In this document: piece after piece, positions 16,583 to 28,134 of the stretch
Numbering within the stretch: the stretch's first letter is position 1
Layout of the letters: the number at the start of each line of letters is the position of its first letter
Translations under genes and position numbers: made by a program
Assembly: GCA_964242335.1 (NCBI GenBank)
Contig: CAXTAY010000003.1
Span: 105,069 to 169,068, forward strand
Reading direction: 5' to 3'
DNA: 64,000 bases
Source of the DNA: an uncultured Acetobacteraceae bacterium
GTDB taxonomy: Bacteria > Pseudomonadota > Alphaproteobacteria > Acetobacterales > Acetobacteraceae
The notes under the pieces: model-generated
Database searches by the model: none
Seen by the model: only the letters and a program-made list of their open reading frames with translations
Told to the model about the DNA's origin: nothing

Positions 16583-18247
16583 CTAGGAGGGGACCGTCGC
16601 GCCGCCCGCGCGGGCCAGTTCCTCCTCCTCCAGCAGGGCCTTCTTCGACAGCTTGCCGATGATCGTCTTGGGCAGCACCTCGCGTATGACGATCTCGCTC
16701 GGCAGCTCGATCTTCGAGACATGGTCGCAGAGGAACAGGCGAAGCTCCTCCGGGGTGGCCGCCTGCTCGGGCCGCAGGCTCACGAACGCCTTGGGCTTCT
16801 GGCCACGATGCCGATCCGGCACGCCGATCACCACCGCCTCGGCCACCGCCGGGTGCGTGTACAGCGCCTCCTCCACCACCCTCGGATACACGTTGTAGCC
16901 GCCGCACAGGATCAGGTCCTTGATCCGGTCGACCAGGAACAGGTAGCCGTCCCGATCGAGGTAGCCGACATCGCCGGTGCGGAAATACCCCTCGACGAGC
17001 GCGTCCCGCGTGTCCTGCGGGCGGTTCCAGTAGCCCTTCATCACCTGCGGCCCACGCACCCAGACCTCGCCGCGCTCGCCCTGCGGCATGACCCGGTGCG
17101 GCGGCTCCAGCGCCCGTATCGAGAGCTCGGTATCGACCAGCGCCTGTCCGCAGGAACCGTCCCGCTCCTCCCCGGGCGGCGTCATGGTGACGACCGGCGA
17201 GGTCTCGCTCAGGCCGTAGCCTTCCCGCACCCGGCAGCCGGTCAGCCGCTCGAACTCCGCGCGGATCTCCGCGGGCAGCGGTGCGCCGCCCGAGTTGCAC
17301 AGGCGGAGCGATCGCAGGTGCGACGGGTTCAGTGCCTTGAAGCGCGCGAGCGCACCGAAGATGGTGGGCACGCCGGACATCACGGTCGCCCGCGTGCGCC
17401 GGATCGTCGCGATCAGCTGGCGGATCTCGAAGCGCGGCAGCAGGATCATGCGGCCGCCGATCTCCAGCGTGAGCATCATCACGCAGAGCATGGCGAAGAC
17501 ATGGAACAGCGGCAGCACGCCGATGACGGTGTGCGGTCCGCGGAGCGTGGCGCCCATCCCGATCCGGGTCTGCCTGATGTTGGCCAGAACGTTCGCATGG
17601 GTCAGCATCGCCGCCTTCGGCACGCCGGTGGTGCCGCCGGTGTACTGCATGATCGCGACGTCCTCCCGGGGATCGAGGCGAACCGGACGCAGCGCGCCCG
17701 GAGCCGCGATCAGCTCGCGGAAATCGACGAACAGGCTGCCACGCAGGCCAGAGGCGATCTCGCTCCGGCGCAGCGTGCGGAACAGGATGCGCTTGAACGG
17801 CGGCAGGCCGCCTGCGAAGTCGCAGGTGACGATCCGGCGCACCGCGGCCGCCTGCGCCGCACCCACGCCCTTCCCGCTGATCGCGACCAGGTTCGGCAGC
17901 ACCAGGATCTCGGCGCCGGAATCCTGCAGCAGCGCGGTCAGCTCCTTCTCGACGTAGAGCGGGTTGAGGGCGACGGCGATGCCGCCGGCACGCAGCACCG
18001 CGAAGAACATGGCGACGGCGTAGAGGGTGTTCGGCAGGCAGATCGCCACCCGCGTTCCGGGAACCACCCCCTCGGCCTGCAGGCCGACCGCGGCGCGCTC
18101 GACCACACGACCGAGTTCGGCGTAGGTCGTCCTGCGGCCGAGGAAGTCGATCACGGTTTTGTCGGCATTGCGCGATACCGAGCGGGCGAAGAACTGCGCC
18201 AGACCGTCCGACTCCGCGAGATCCGCGATCACCTCACCGTCGTCCAT
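16583..18247 (-). CDS. Long-chain-fatty-acid--CoA ligase (AMP-binding enzyme)
   Basis: ORF 16583..18307. The ATG at 18247 is preceded by AGGAA. AMP-binding motifs are present (MQYTGGTTGVPKAAMLTH; YGLSETSP; TGDVGYLDRDGYLFLVDRIKD; KLSKK). Confidence 0.9.
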   Translation of the reverse strand: MDDGEVIADLAESDGLAQFFARSVSRNADKTVIDFLGRRTTYAELGRVVERAAVGLQAEGVVPGTRVAICLPNTLYAVAMFFAVLRAGGIAVALNPLYVEKELTALLQDSGAEILVLPNLVAISGKGVGAAQAAAVRRIVTCDFAGGLPPFKRILFRTLRRSEIASGLRGSLFVDFRELIAAPGALRPVRLDPREDVAIMQYTGGTTGVPKAAMLTHANVLANIRQTRIGMGATLRGPHTVIGVLPLFHVFAMLCVMMLTLEIGGRMILLPRFEIRQLIATIRRTRATVMSGVPTIFGALARFKALNPSHLRSLRLCNSGGAPLPAEIRAEFERLTGCRVREGYGLSETSPVVTMTPPGEERDGSCGQALVDTELSIRALEPPHRVMPQGERGEVWVRGPQVMKGYWNRPQDTRDALVEGYFRTGDVGYLDRDGYLFLVDRIKDLILCGGYNVYPRVVEEALYTHPAVAEAVVIGVPDRHRGQKPKAFVSLRPEQAATPEELRLFLCDHVSKIELPSEIVIREVLPKTIIGKLSKKALLEEEELARAGGATVPS

Positions 18248-18325
18248 CTGTGTTTCCTGTCCCTGTCGCTTCGCCGCCGCGAGGATGTCGTGCGCAGGCC
18301 TCGGCACGTCGCGGCAGCCGCCCGC

Positions 18326-19279
18326 TCATCTTCCGTCCGGATCGAGCGGGCGGTCTGCCGTGCCCGACCGGTCGTGCAGCCGATCCGCCGGCTGGAACAC
18401 GCCCATGATCTCCTGATCCGGACGCGGCGCCAGTCCCGCCCGATCCGCCGGCTCGCCCGCCCGGCCGGGAAGGTAGCCGGTGATCCTGTGTCGCGCCCGC
18501 GCGAGATGATCGAGCCAGCCCGTCCGCGCGAGCCGCGGCGACACCGCGCGGGCCGCGTAGTAGCTGCGCGCCAGGGCGTCGTACCGGTCGGTGTCGAACG
18601 GCAGGTACTCGATCACCCCGTCCGGCTGGCTCTCCGGCAGGTACATCCTCTCGAAGAAGCGGCCATAGCCGTAGCGCACCCTGTCGTAGCCGCGCAGCTT
18701 CTCCCGGCGCTGGGCATGGCTGCGGATCACCCACTCGAAATGCACGAAGTAGGCATCGGCCGGCATCCGCGACCAGGCACCGACGAGGAAGCCGTCGGTG
18801 TGCATCACCGGGATGAAGCGCACCCTGTCTGGGCGGAACAGCCGCCAGGCATGGTCGGTCCCGGGCCGCCCGGTGCGGTCCGGCCAGTGCTGCGAACGAC
18901 CATATCGCAGCGGCTCGCCGGGGACGTGCCAGGCCCAGCGGCGCGGGATCGCGACCGACTCGACCTGCGGCGGCGGCTCGGAGCCGCGCAGCCGGTCGAA
19001 CAACGCGTCGGAGGGGATCTCGTCGTCGTGCAGGAACAGCGACCACGGCGTCGCGACGCAGCGCCGCGTGAGGGCGACGGCCGCCTCGGTGCAGGAGAAG
19101 CCCTCCAGCGCCACGACCGGCGAACCGGCCCGTCTCACGATCGCGGCCGTCGAGTCGCGGCTGCGGGAGTCGAGCAGCACCGTGGCGATGAAGCCGTGAC
19201 GACGATAATGCTCCAGGACGCCGCCGATCCAGGCTGAGCTGTCCCTGGTGGGGATGACGACGGTGACCCATGACGTCAT
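18326..19279 (-). CDS. Glycosyltransferase family 2-like protein
   Basis: ATG at 19279 (MTSWVTVVIPTRDSS) within ORF 18326..19354. It has a GT-A N-terminal beta-strand motif and an acidic DDE motif (FLHDDEIP). Confidence 0.7.
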   Translation of the reverse strand: MTSWVTVVIPTRDSSAWIGGVLEHYRRHGFIATVLLDSRSRDSTAAIVRRAGSPVVALEGFSCTEAAVALTRRCVATPWSLFLHDDEIPSDALFDRLRGSEPPPQVESVAIPRRWAWHVPGEPLRYGRSQHWPDRTGRPGTDHAWRLFRPDRVRFIPVMHTDGFLVGAWSRMPADAYFVHFEWVIRSHAQRREKLRGYDRVRYGYGRFFERMYLPESQPDGVIEYLPFDTDRYDALARSYYAARAVSPRLARTGWLDHLARARHRITGYLPGRAGEPADRAGLAPRPDQEIMGVFQPADRLHDRSGTADRPLDPDGR

Positions 19280-19371
19280 GGCCTGTCCAGATGCGTCGCG
19301 ATGATCGTTGGCCGCGATCCTGCCATAGCCGCGCCGCCGCGACAGCCGCCCCACCCCCTATCATTCCGATG

Positions 19372-20241
19372 TCAGTCCCGGCGACACCAGCCGGGCAGGG
19401 CGCCGCCGAGCTGCGCCGTGATCGCGTCGGCCCTCCGCCGCACCCGGTCGCCGAGCAGCGGGATGCGCTCGTCGGAGATGCGCGCCATCGGCCCGGAGAC
19501 GGAGACCGCCGCCACTGCGGCCGCGTTCTCGTTGAAGATGACGGCGGCGATGCAGCGCAAGCCGACGGCGTTCTCCTCGTCGTCGATGGCGTAGCCGCGC
19601 TCGCGTGTCCGGATCAGGTCCTCGCGCAGCGCCGACGTCGTGGTGATCGTCTTGACCGTGACCCGCGGCAGGCCGCGGCGATGCAGGATGCGGGAGAGCT
19701 CGCTGTCCGGCAGCGCCGAGAGCAGCGCCTTGCCGACGCTGGAGCAGTGCAGCGGCACCCTTGCACCGGGACGGGCGAAGGCGCGCATCATCTGCCGGCA
19801 CTCGACCTGCGACAGGTAGATCGCCTCGAACTGGTCCTCGACCGCCAGGTTCACGGTCTCCTCGCTCTCCTCCATCAGCGCGCGCATCTGCGGGCGCGCG
19901 CTGGCCACCAGGCTGCGCGTCTTGAGGAAGGCGTTGCCGGCGACGAAGGCCTGCACGCCCACCGACCACAGCCGCCGCTCGGCATCGAAATGCACGTAGC
20001 GCTCCTGCTCCAGCGTCGTCAGCAGCCGGTGCGCGGTGGAGGGCGACAGCCCGACCTGCTGCGCCACCTCGGTCAGCGTGATGCCCTCGTCGGCGGCCGC
20101 GAGCCGGTTCACGATGGTCAGCGCGCGCACCAGCGACTGCACCTGGTCGGAGCGCTCGACGGCGACGCGGGAGACCGGTTCGCGCCGCGCCGGCGCGACA
20201 CCGGCCGGTTTCGTCGTCCGCGCGATGCCTGCTGTCCGCAC
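19372..20241 (-). CDS. IclR family transcriptional regulator
   Basis: ORF 19372..20241. An HTH ([24 protein letters not shown]) is followed by an IclR effector domain. It is divergent from gcl. Confidence 0.85.
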   Translation of the reverse strand: MRTAGIARTTKPAGVAPARREPVSRVAVERSDQVQSLVRALTIVNRLAAADEGITLTEVAQQVGLSPSTAHRLLTTLEQERYVHFDAERRLWSVGVQAFVAGNAFLKTRSLVASARPQMRALMEESEETVNLAVEDQFEAIYLSQVECRQMMRAFARPGARVPLHCSSVGKALLSALPDSELSRILHRRGLPRVTVKTITTTSALREDLIRTRERGYAIDDEENAVGLRCIAAVIFNENAAAVAAVSVSGPMARISDERIPLLGDRVRRRADAITAQLGGALPGWCRRD

Positions 20242-20458
20242 GCCTGCCTCCCCGGTGACCGTTCATCAAGGCTCAAGTTCCGCACTGCAGCAAACCGTCC
20301 CAGCACGAGGCGGCTCATGCGTGGAAAGGCGCAACATACTGAGATCGAACGGCTATACAATCCAGCTTCCGCATCGTGGGAAAGATCCTGCGGATCCTCG
20401 TCAAGTCGCGTGCCGGGGCCGATGCTGCGATCGTCTGATGAGGCGGCGGGAGCGAACG

Positions 20459-22285
<1,827 letters not shown>

Positions 22286-22321
22286 CGCCGCCACGCCATC
22301 GCCGCCGCACCGGAGAGCCAG

Positions 22322-23128
22322 ATGCCCCGCTTCGCCGCCAACCTCACGATGCTGTTCACCGAGCTGCCGCCGCTGCAGCGCTTCGCCGCCGCCGCCGCGG
22401 CCGGCTTCGAGGCGGTCGAGTTCCTGTTCCCCTACGGGTTCGAGGTGTCGCGCATCGCCGAGGCGCTGTCGGCGCACCGGCTGCAGCTGGTGCTGCACAA
22501 CCTCCCTGCCGGAGACTGGGAGGCCGGGGAGCGCGGCATCGCCTGCCACCCGTCGCGGGTCGGCGAGTTCCGCGCCGGGGTGGCGCGCGCGATCGAGTAC
22601 GCGACGGCACTGCGCTGCCCGCGGGTGAACTGCCTCGCCGGCATCGCCCCGCCCGGCGAGAGCCTGGAGCTGGTGCTGAGCACGCTGGTCGAGAACCTGC
22701 GCTTCGCCGCCGGCGAGCTGCGGCGCGCCGGGATCGAGCTGCTGCTCGAGCCCGTCAACACCCGCGACGTGCCCGGCTTCTTCGTCAGCCGCACCGATCA
22801 GGCGCTCGCGGTGCTCGATACGGTGGGTGCGGACAACCTCAGGCTGCAGTTCGACATCTACCACGCCCAGGTGATGGAGGGCGACCTCGCCCGCACCCTG
22901 GAGGCCCGGCTCGGCCGCATCGGCCACCTGCAGGTCGCCGACAATCCCGGCCGGCACGAGCCGGGCACGGGCGAGATCAACTACCCCTACCTGTTCGCCC
23001 GCCTCGACGCGCTCGGCTACGCGGGCTGGATCGGCTGCGAGTACAGGCCCGCCGCGGCGACCGAGGCCGGGCTGGGCTGGCTCTCGTCGTACCTCCCTGC
23101 CGCCGCATCGCCGACACAAACATCCTGA
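22322..23128 (+). CDS. hyi: Hydroxypyruvate isomerase
   Basis: ORF 22322..23128. The start MPRFAANLTMLFTE and the block IGHLQVADNPGRHEPGTGEINY are typical of Hyi. Confidence 0.9.
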   Translation: MPRFAANLTMLFTELPPLQRFAAAAAAGFEAVEFLFPYGFEVSRIAEALSAHRLQLVLHNLPAGDWEAGERGIACHPSRVGEFRAGVARAIEYATALRCPRVNCLAGIAPPGESLELVLSTLVENLRFAAGELRRAGIELLLEPVNTRDVPGFFVSRTDQALAVLDTVGADNLRLQFDIYHAQVMEGDLARTLEARLGRIGHLQVADNPGRHEPGTGEINYPYLFARLDALGYAGWIGCEYRPAAATEAGLGWLSSYLPAAASPTQTS

Positions 23129-23145
23129 ACCGGAGGGTCCGGCAC

Positions 23146-24045
23146 ATGAGCAAGATCGGTTTCATCGGCCTCGGCATCATGGGCCGTCCCATGGCCTCGC
23201 ACCTGCTCGCGGGCGGCCACACCCTGCTGGTGCTGGCCCGCTCGCAGGCGGCGCCGGCGCTGCGCCAGCAGGGGGCGGAGACCTGCGAGACCGCGGCGGA
23301 GCTCGCGCGACGCGCCGAAATCGTGATCACCATGGTCCCCGACACGCCGCAGGTCGAGGCGGTGCTGTTCGGCGAAGACGGCGTGGCGTCGGGGTTGTCG
23401 GCCGGCAAGATCGTCGTCGACATGAGCTCGATCGCGCCGCTCGCGACCAAGCAGATCGCGGGCCGCATCAACGCGCTCGGCTGCGACTATCTCGACGCGC
23501 CGGTCTCCGGCGGCGAGGTCGGCGCCAAGGCGGCCAGCCTGACCATCATGGTCGGCGGGCCGCCACGCGCCTTCGACGCGGTGAAGCCGCTGTTCGAGCT
23601 GATGGGCAAGAACATCACCCTGGTCGGCGGCAACGGCGACGGCCAGACCACCAAGGTCGCCAACCAGATCATCGTGGCGCTGACCATCGAGGCGGTGGCG
23701 GAGGCGCTGCTGTTCGCCTCCAAGGCCGGTGCCGATCCGGCGCGGGTGCGCCAGGCGCTGATGGGCGGTTTCGCCGCCTCGCGCATCCTGGATCTGCACG
23801 GCGAGCGCATGGTCTCGCGCAACTTCGCGCCCGGTTTCCGCATCGAGCTGCACCAGAAGGACCTCGAGCTCGCCCTCTCCGGCGCCCGCGCGCTCGGCGT
23901 CAGCCTGCCGAACACGGCGAGCTGCCAGCAGCTTTTCAACGCCGCCGCGGCGGCCGGCGGCGCCGGCTGGGACCATTCGGCGATGGTGCGGGTGCTGGAG
24001 AAGCTGGCCTGCCACGAGATCGGCGGCGACGCCGCGGCGGCGTAG
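23146..24045 (+). CDS. glxR: 2-Hydroxy-3-oxopropionate (tartronate semialdehyde) reductase
   Basis: ATG at 23146 (MSKIGFIGLGIMGRPMA). It belongs to the 3-hydroxyisobutyrate-dehydrogenase family (DAPVSGG; GDGQTTKVANQI) and sits in the gcl-hyi context. Confidence 0.9.
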   Translation: MSKIGFIGLGIMGRPMASHLLAGGHTLLVLARSQAAPALRQQGAETCETAAELARRAEIVITMVPDTPQVEAVLFGEDGVASGLSAGKIVVDMSSIAPLATKQIAGRINALGCDYLDAPVSGGEVGAKAASLTIMVGGPPRAFDAVKPLFELMGKNITLVGGNGDGQTTKVANQIIVALTIEAVAEALLFASKAGADPARVRQALMGGFAASRILDLHGERMVSRNFAPGFRIELHQKDLELALSGARALGVSLPNTASCQQLFNAAAAAGGAGWDHSAMVRVLEKLACHEIGGDAAAA

Positions 24046-24048
24046 GCG

Positions 24049-25317
24049 ATGTCCGAGCGCGACCTGCTGCTGCGCATGTTCCGGGCCGCCGTCGCCGCCG
24101 CGGCGCCGGAGCTGTGCCTGCCGCCGCACCTGCCGTCGCCGCCCCGGGGGCGCACGGTGGTGGTGGGTGCCGGCAAGGCCGCTGCGGCGATGGCCCACGT
24201 GGTGGAGCGGCACTGGCCGGCGGACCGCGCGCTGTCCGGGCTGGTGGTCACCCGCTACGGGCACGGGGTGGGCCCGCTCGCGCGGATCGAGGTGGTGGAG
24301 GCGAGCCATCCGGTGCCGGACGAAGCGGGCGAGGTCGCGGCCGGCCGCATGCTGCAGCTGGTGCGCGGCCTGGGTCCGGACGACCTGGTGCTGTGCCTGA
24401 TCTCCGGCGGCGGCTCGTCGCTGCTGGCGCTGCCGGCACCGGGGCTGGAGCTCGCCGACAAGCAGGCGGTCAACCGCGCGCTGCTGCGCAGCGGTGCGGG
24501 CATCCACGAGATCAACTGCGTGCGCAAGCACCTGTCGGCGATCAAGGGCGGCCGGCTGGCGCAGGCGGCGGCACCGGCGAGGCTGGTGACGCTGCTGATC
24601 TCGGACGTGCCCGGCGACGACGCCTCGGTGATCGCGTCCGGCCCCACGGTGCCCGACCGCAGCACGCTGGCCGACGCGCGCGCGGTGCTGGCGCGCTGGC
24701 GCATCGAGCCGACGCCGGCGGTGCTGGCGCGGCTGCACGACCCCATGGCGGAGACGCCAAAGCCCGGCGACGCCGTCTTCGCGCACGCGCGGACCGTGAT
24801 GGTGGCGAGCCCGCAGGCGTCGCTGGAGGCGGCCGCGGCGCTGGCCCGCGCGGCCGGCGTCGTGCCGGTGATCCTGGGCGACGCGATCGAGGGGGAGGCG
24901 GCCGAGGTCGCCCGGGTGATGGCCGGCATCGCCCGACAATGCGCGCTGCACGGCCAGCCGGCGGCAGCACCGTGCGTGCTGATCTCCGGCGGCGAGACCA
25001 GCGTCACCGTGCGCGGCGGCGGCCGCGGCGGCCGCAACGCCGAGTTCCTGCTCGGGCTCGCGGTGGCGCTGGACGGCCATCGCGGCATCCACGCGATCGC
25101 CTGCGACACCGACGGCATCGACGGCACCGAGGACAACGCCGGCGCGCTGCTCTCGCCCGACAGCCTGGCGCGGGCGGGCTCGCTCGGCGTGCGGGCCCGC
25201 GACCGGCTCGCGGACAATGACGGCTACGGTTTCTTCTCGGCGCTCGATGACCTGGTGGTCACCGGGCCCACATGCACCAACGTGAACGATTTCCGTGCGA
25301 TCCTGATCCGCACCTGA
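24049..25317 (+). CDS. Glycerate 2-kinase (MOFRL/TtuD-type; often annotated hydroxypyruvate reductase)
   Basis: ORF 24049..25317, 422 aa, with VVGAGKAAAAMA near the N-terminus and the C-terminal MOFRL-like block TDGIDG...NDGY.FF..L.DL..TGPT.TNVND. Confidence 0.85.
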   Translation: MSERDLLLRMFRAAVAAAAPELCLPPHLPSPPRGRTVVVGAGKAAAAMAHVVERHWPADRALSGLVVTRYGHGVGPLARIEVVEASHPVPDEAGEVAAGRMLQLVRGLGPDDLVLCLISGGGSSLLALPAPGLELADKQAVNRALLRSGAGIHEINCVRKHLSAIKGGRLAQAAAPARLVTLLISDVPGDDASVIASGPTVPDRSTLADARAVLARWRIEPTPAVLARLHDPMAETPKPGDAVFAHARTVMVASPQASLEAAAALARAAGVVPVILGDAIEGEAAEVARVMAGIARQCALHGQPAAAPCVLISGGETSVTVRGGGRGGRNAEFLLGLAVALDGHRGIHAIACDTDGIDGTEDNAGALLSPDSLARAGSLGVRARDRLADNDGYGFFSALDDLVVTGPTCTNVNDFRAILIRT

Positions 25318-25362
25318 ACCAACACGAACGCGGCGGGAAACGCCGCGCAGCGGAGGAACATC

Positions 25363-26853
25363 ATGCTGCACATGCCGATACCCGACGAGTCCGTGCTGTC
25401 GCGGCGCGCCGAGATCGTCGCTGCCCTCCGGCGCATCGTCCCGGGCGAGGGGGTGATCGACGCCGAGGAGGAGCGCCGCGTCTACGAGAGCGACGCCCTC
25501 AGCGCCTACCGTACCCTGCCGCTGGTGGTGGTGCTGCCGGAGACCACCGAGCAGGTGGCCCGCATCCTGCGCTACTGCAGCGATGCCGGGGTGAAGGTGG
25601 TGCCGCGCGGCGCCGGCACCTCGCTTTCCGGCGGCGCGCTGCCGCTGGAGGACGGGGTGCTGCTCGGCATGGGCAAGTTCCGGCGCATCCTGGAGGTCGA
25701 CATCGCCAACCGCTGCGTGGTGGTTCAGCCCGGGGTGACCAACCTCGGCATCACCCACGCGGTGCAGGATCGCGGCTTCTACTATGCGCCCGACCCGTCG
25801 AGCCAGATCGCCTGCACCATCGGCGGCAACGTCGCCGAGAACTCGGGCGGCGTGCACTGCCTGAAATACGGGCTGACCACCAACAACGTGATCGGCATCG
25901 AGATGGTGACGATGCAGGGCGAGGTGATCCGGCTCGGCGGCAAGCATCTCGACAGCGCCGGCTACGACCTGCTCGGCGTGATGGTCGGCTCCGAGGGCCT
26001 GCTCGGCGTGGTGACCGAGGTGACGGTGCGCATCCTGCCCAAGCCGCCGGGCGCGCGGGCGCTGCTGATCGGCTTTCCCTCCATCGCCGGTGCCAGCGAG
26101 GCGGTGGCGGCGGTGATCGGCGCCGGCATCATCCCCGGCGGGATGGAGATGATGGACCGGCTGGCGGTGCAGGCCGCGGAGGCGTTCGCGCATGCCGGCT
26201 ACCCGCTCGACGCCGAGGCGCTGCTGATCGTCGAGCTGGATGGCTGCGAGGCGGAGCTGGACCACCTGATCGCCGCGGTGGAGGCGATCGCGGCCGCGCA
26301 CGGCGCCACCACCTGCCGGGTCAGCCGCAGCGAGGAGGAGCGGCTGCTGTTCTGGGCCGGACGCAAGGCGGCGTTCCCCGCCGTCGGCCGGCTGTCGCCC
26401 GACTATTTCTGCATGGACGGCACCATCCCGCGCCGCCGCCTCGGCGACGTGCTCGCGCGCATGAAGCAGATGGAGGGCGAGTACGGCCTGCGCGTCGCCA
26501 ACGTGTTCCATGCCGGCGACGGCAACCTGCACCCGCTGATCCTCTACGACGCCAACCGGGAGGGCGAGCTGGAGCGCGCCGAGGCGTTCGGCAACGACAT
26601 CCTGCGGCTCTGCGTCGAGGTCGGCGGCGTGCTGACCGGCGAGCACGGCGTCGGCGTCGAGAAGCGCGACCTGATGGGCACGATGTTCGACGCAGCCGAC
26701 CTGGACCAGCAGATGCGGCTGAAATGCGCCTTCGATCCGGCCAGCCTGCTCAACCCCGGCAAGGTGTTCCCGCAGCTCTGCCGCTGCGCCGAGCTGGGTC
26801 GCGTGCACGTCCATGCCGGCCAGGTCCGCTTCCCCGAGCTGCCGCGCTTCTAG
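25363..26853 (+). CDS. glcD: Glycolate oxidase subunit GlcD (FAD-linked oxidase)
   Basis: ORF 25363..26853, 496 aa, with an FAD-binding PCMH domain (VVPRGAGTSLSGG) and the C-terminal block GEHGVG..K. Confidence 0.92.
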   Translation: MLHMPIPDESVLSRRAEIVAALRRIVPGEGVIDAEEERRVYESDALSAYRTLPLVVVLPETTEQVARILRYCSDAGVKVVPRGAGTSLSGGALPLEDGVLLGMGKFRRILEVDIANRCVVVQPGVTNLGITHAVQDRGFYYAPDPSSQIACTIGGNVAENSGGVHCLKYGLTTNNVIGIEMVTMQGEVIRLGGKHLDSAGYDLLGVMVGSEGLLGVVTEVTVRILPKPPGARALLIGFPSIAGASEAVAAVIGAGIIPGGMEMMDRLAVQAAEAFAHAGYPLDAEALLIVELDGCEAELDHLIAAVEAIAAAHGATTCRVSRSEEERLLFWAGRKAAFPAVGRLSPDYFCMDGTIPRRRLGDVLARMKQMEGEYGLRVANVFHAGDGNLHPLILYDANREGELERAEAFGNDILRLCVEVGGVLTGEHGVGVEKRDLMGTMFDAADLDQQMRLKCAFDPASLLNPGKVFPQLCRCAELGRVHVHAGQVRFPELPRF

Positions 26854-26882
26854 CTGCCATCCCGTCTTCAGGAGTGCCCGGC

Positions 26883-28130
26883 ATGACCGTGTTCCGACCG
26901 TCCGACGCCGCCGAGCTGCAGCAGGTCGTAGCCTCGGCCGCCGCCGCCTCGCAGCCGCTCGAGATCGTCGGCGGCGGCAGCAAGCGCCGGCTCGGCCGCG
27001 CGGAGCGTCCCGAGCACGCGCTCGAGCTCGGCGCATTGCGCGGCATCGTCGACTACGATCCTGCCGAGCTGGTGCTCACCGTCCGCGCCGCCACGCCGCT
27101 GTCGGAGGTGGCGCTGCAGCTCGCCGCACACCGGCAGATGCTGGCGTTCGAGCCGCCGGACTGGCGCGGCCTGCTGGGCAGCGACGCCGAACCGACCGCC
27201 GAACCGACCGCCGAACCAACCCTGGGCGGCGTGATCGCGTGCAACCTGTCCGGGCCGCGCCGGGTGCGCGCCGGTGCGGCCCGCGACCATCTGCTGGGCT
27301 TCTCGGCGGTGAATGGCTGGGGCGATGCCTGGAAGGCCGGCGGCCGCGTGGTCAAGAACGTCACCGGCTACGACATGTGCAAGCTGCAGGCCGGCGCCTT
27401 CGGCACGCTGTCGGTGCTCACCGAGCTCTCGCTGCGCGTGCTGCCGCGGCCCGAGACCGGCTGCAGCCTGCTGCTGACGGGCCTCGACGACCACGCCGCG
27501 GTCGGAGCCCTGGTCTCCGCCCTGAATTCCGAGCACGAGGTCTCCTCGGCCGCCCACCTGCCGGCCGCGGCGGCGGCCCGCTCGTCGGTGCCGGAGGTGG
27601 CCGAGGCAGCGCAGGGCGCCGCCGTGACCGTGCTGCGGCTCGAGGGGCCGCAGCCCTCGATCGCGTATCGCGCGGCCGCACTGGAGCGCGTGCTCGGCGC
27701 GGCGCATCGCCTGCCGGCGGCGGCGAGCGACGCGCTGTGGGCGGAAATCGGCGCGGCGCACACGCTGCTCGGCGGCGCCGGCATCGTGTGGCGGGTGTGC
27801 CCGACCCCCTCGGCCGCTCCGCAGGTGCTGCACCGGGTGCGCGATGCGCGGCCGGGCACGGAGGCGTTCTACGACTGGGGTGGCGGCCTGCTCTGGCTCG
27901 GACTCGACGCGGGAGCGGCCGGTGCGGACGGCGGCGCGTGCCTGATCCGTGCCGCCCTGCGCGAGGTCGGCGGACACGCGACCCTGATCCGCGCGCCCGA
28001 GGCGATGCGGGCGGCGGTCGCCGTGTTCGAGCCCTCCGAAGGCGCGCTGGAGGCTCTCGCCCGCCGGGTGAAGGGCAGCTTCGACCCCAGGGGCATCCTC
28101 AACCCAGGCCGCATGCAGCAGGGAGACTAG
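26883..28130 (+). CDS. glcE: Glycolate oxidase FAD-binding subunit GlcE
   Basis: ATG at 26883 (MTVFRPSDAAELQQVV) within ORF 25272..28130. GGGSKRRLG and KNVTGYDMCKL are GlcE-like. It lies between glcD and glcF. Confidence 0.88.
   Translation: MTVFRPSDAAELQQVVASAAAASQPLEIVGGGSKRRLGRAERPEHALELGALRGIVDYDPAELVLTVRAATPLSEVALQLAAHRQMLAFEPPDWRGLLGSDAEPTAEPTAEPTLGGVIACNLSGPRRVRAGAARDHLLGFSAVNGWGDAWKAGGRVVKNVTGYDMCKLQAGAFGTLSVLTELSLRVLPRPETGCSLLLTGLDDHAAVGALVSALNSEHEVSSAAHLPAAAAARSSVPEVAEAAQGAAVTVLRLEGPQPSIAYRAAALERVLGAAHRLPAAASDALWAEIGAAHTLLGGAGIVWRVCPTPSAAPQVLHRVRDARPGTEAFYDWGGGLLWLGLDAGAAGADGGACLIRAALREVGGHATLIRAPEAMRAAVAVFEPSEGALEALARRVKGSFDPRGILNPGRMQQGD
27186..27221 (+). repeat. In-frame 12-nt tandem repeat x3 inside glcE (encodes AEPT-AEPT-AEPT)
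   Basis: The sequence gccgaaccgacc gccgaaccgacc gccgaaccaacc has two perfect units and one unit with 1 mismatch. Confidence 0.9.
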
Positions 28131-28134
28131 CATC

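Noticed and set aside
20242-20458. The strings GTGGAAAG and GTGGGAAAG in the IclR-gcl intergenic region, considered as an AllR/IclR-type operator.
   Set aside because: They are direct, not inverted, repeats and are short and imperfect. I cannot match them to a defined consensus from memory with any confidence.
25330-25346. The hairpin GCGGCG-ggaaa-CGCCGC between the glycerate kinase gene and glcD.
   Set aside because: A 6-bp GC stem is commonplace in DNA of this composition. No U-tract follows, and the genes appear co-transcribed.
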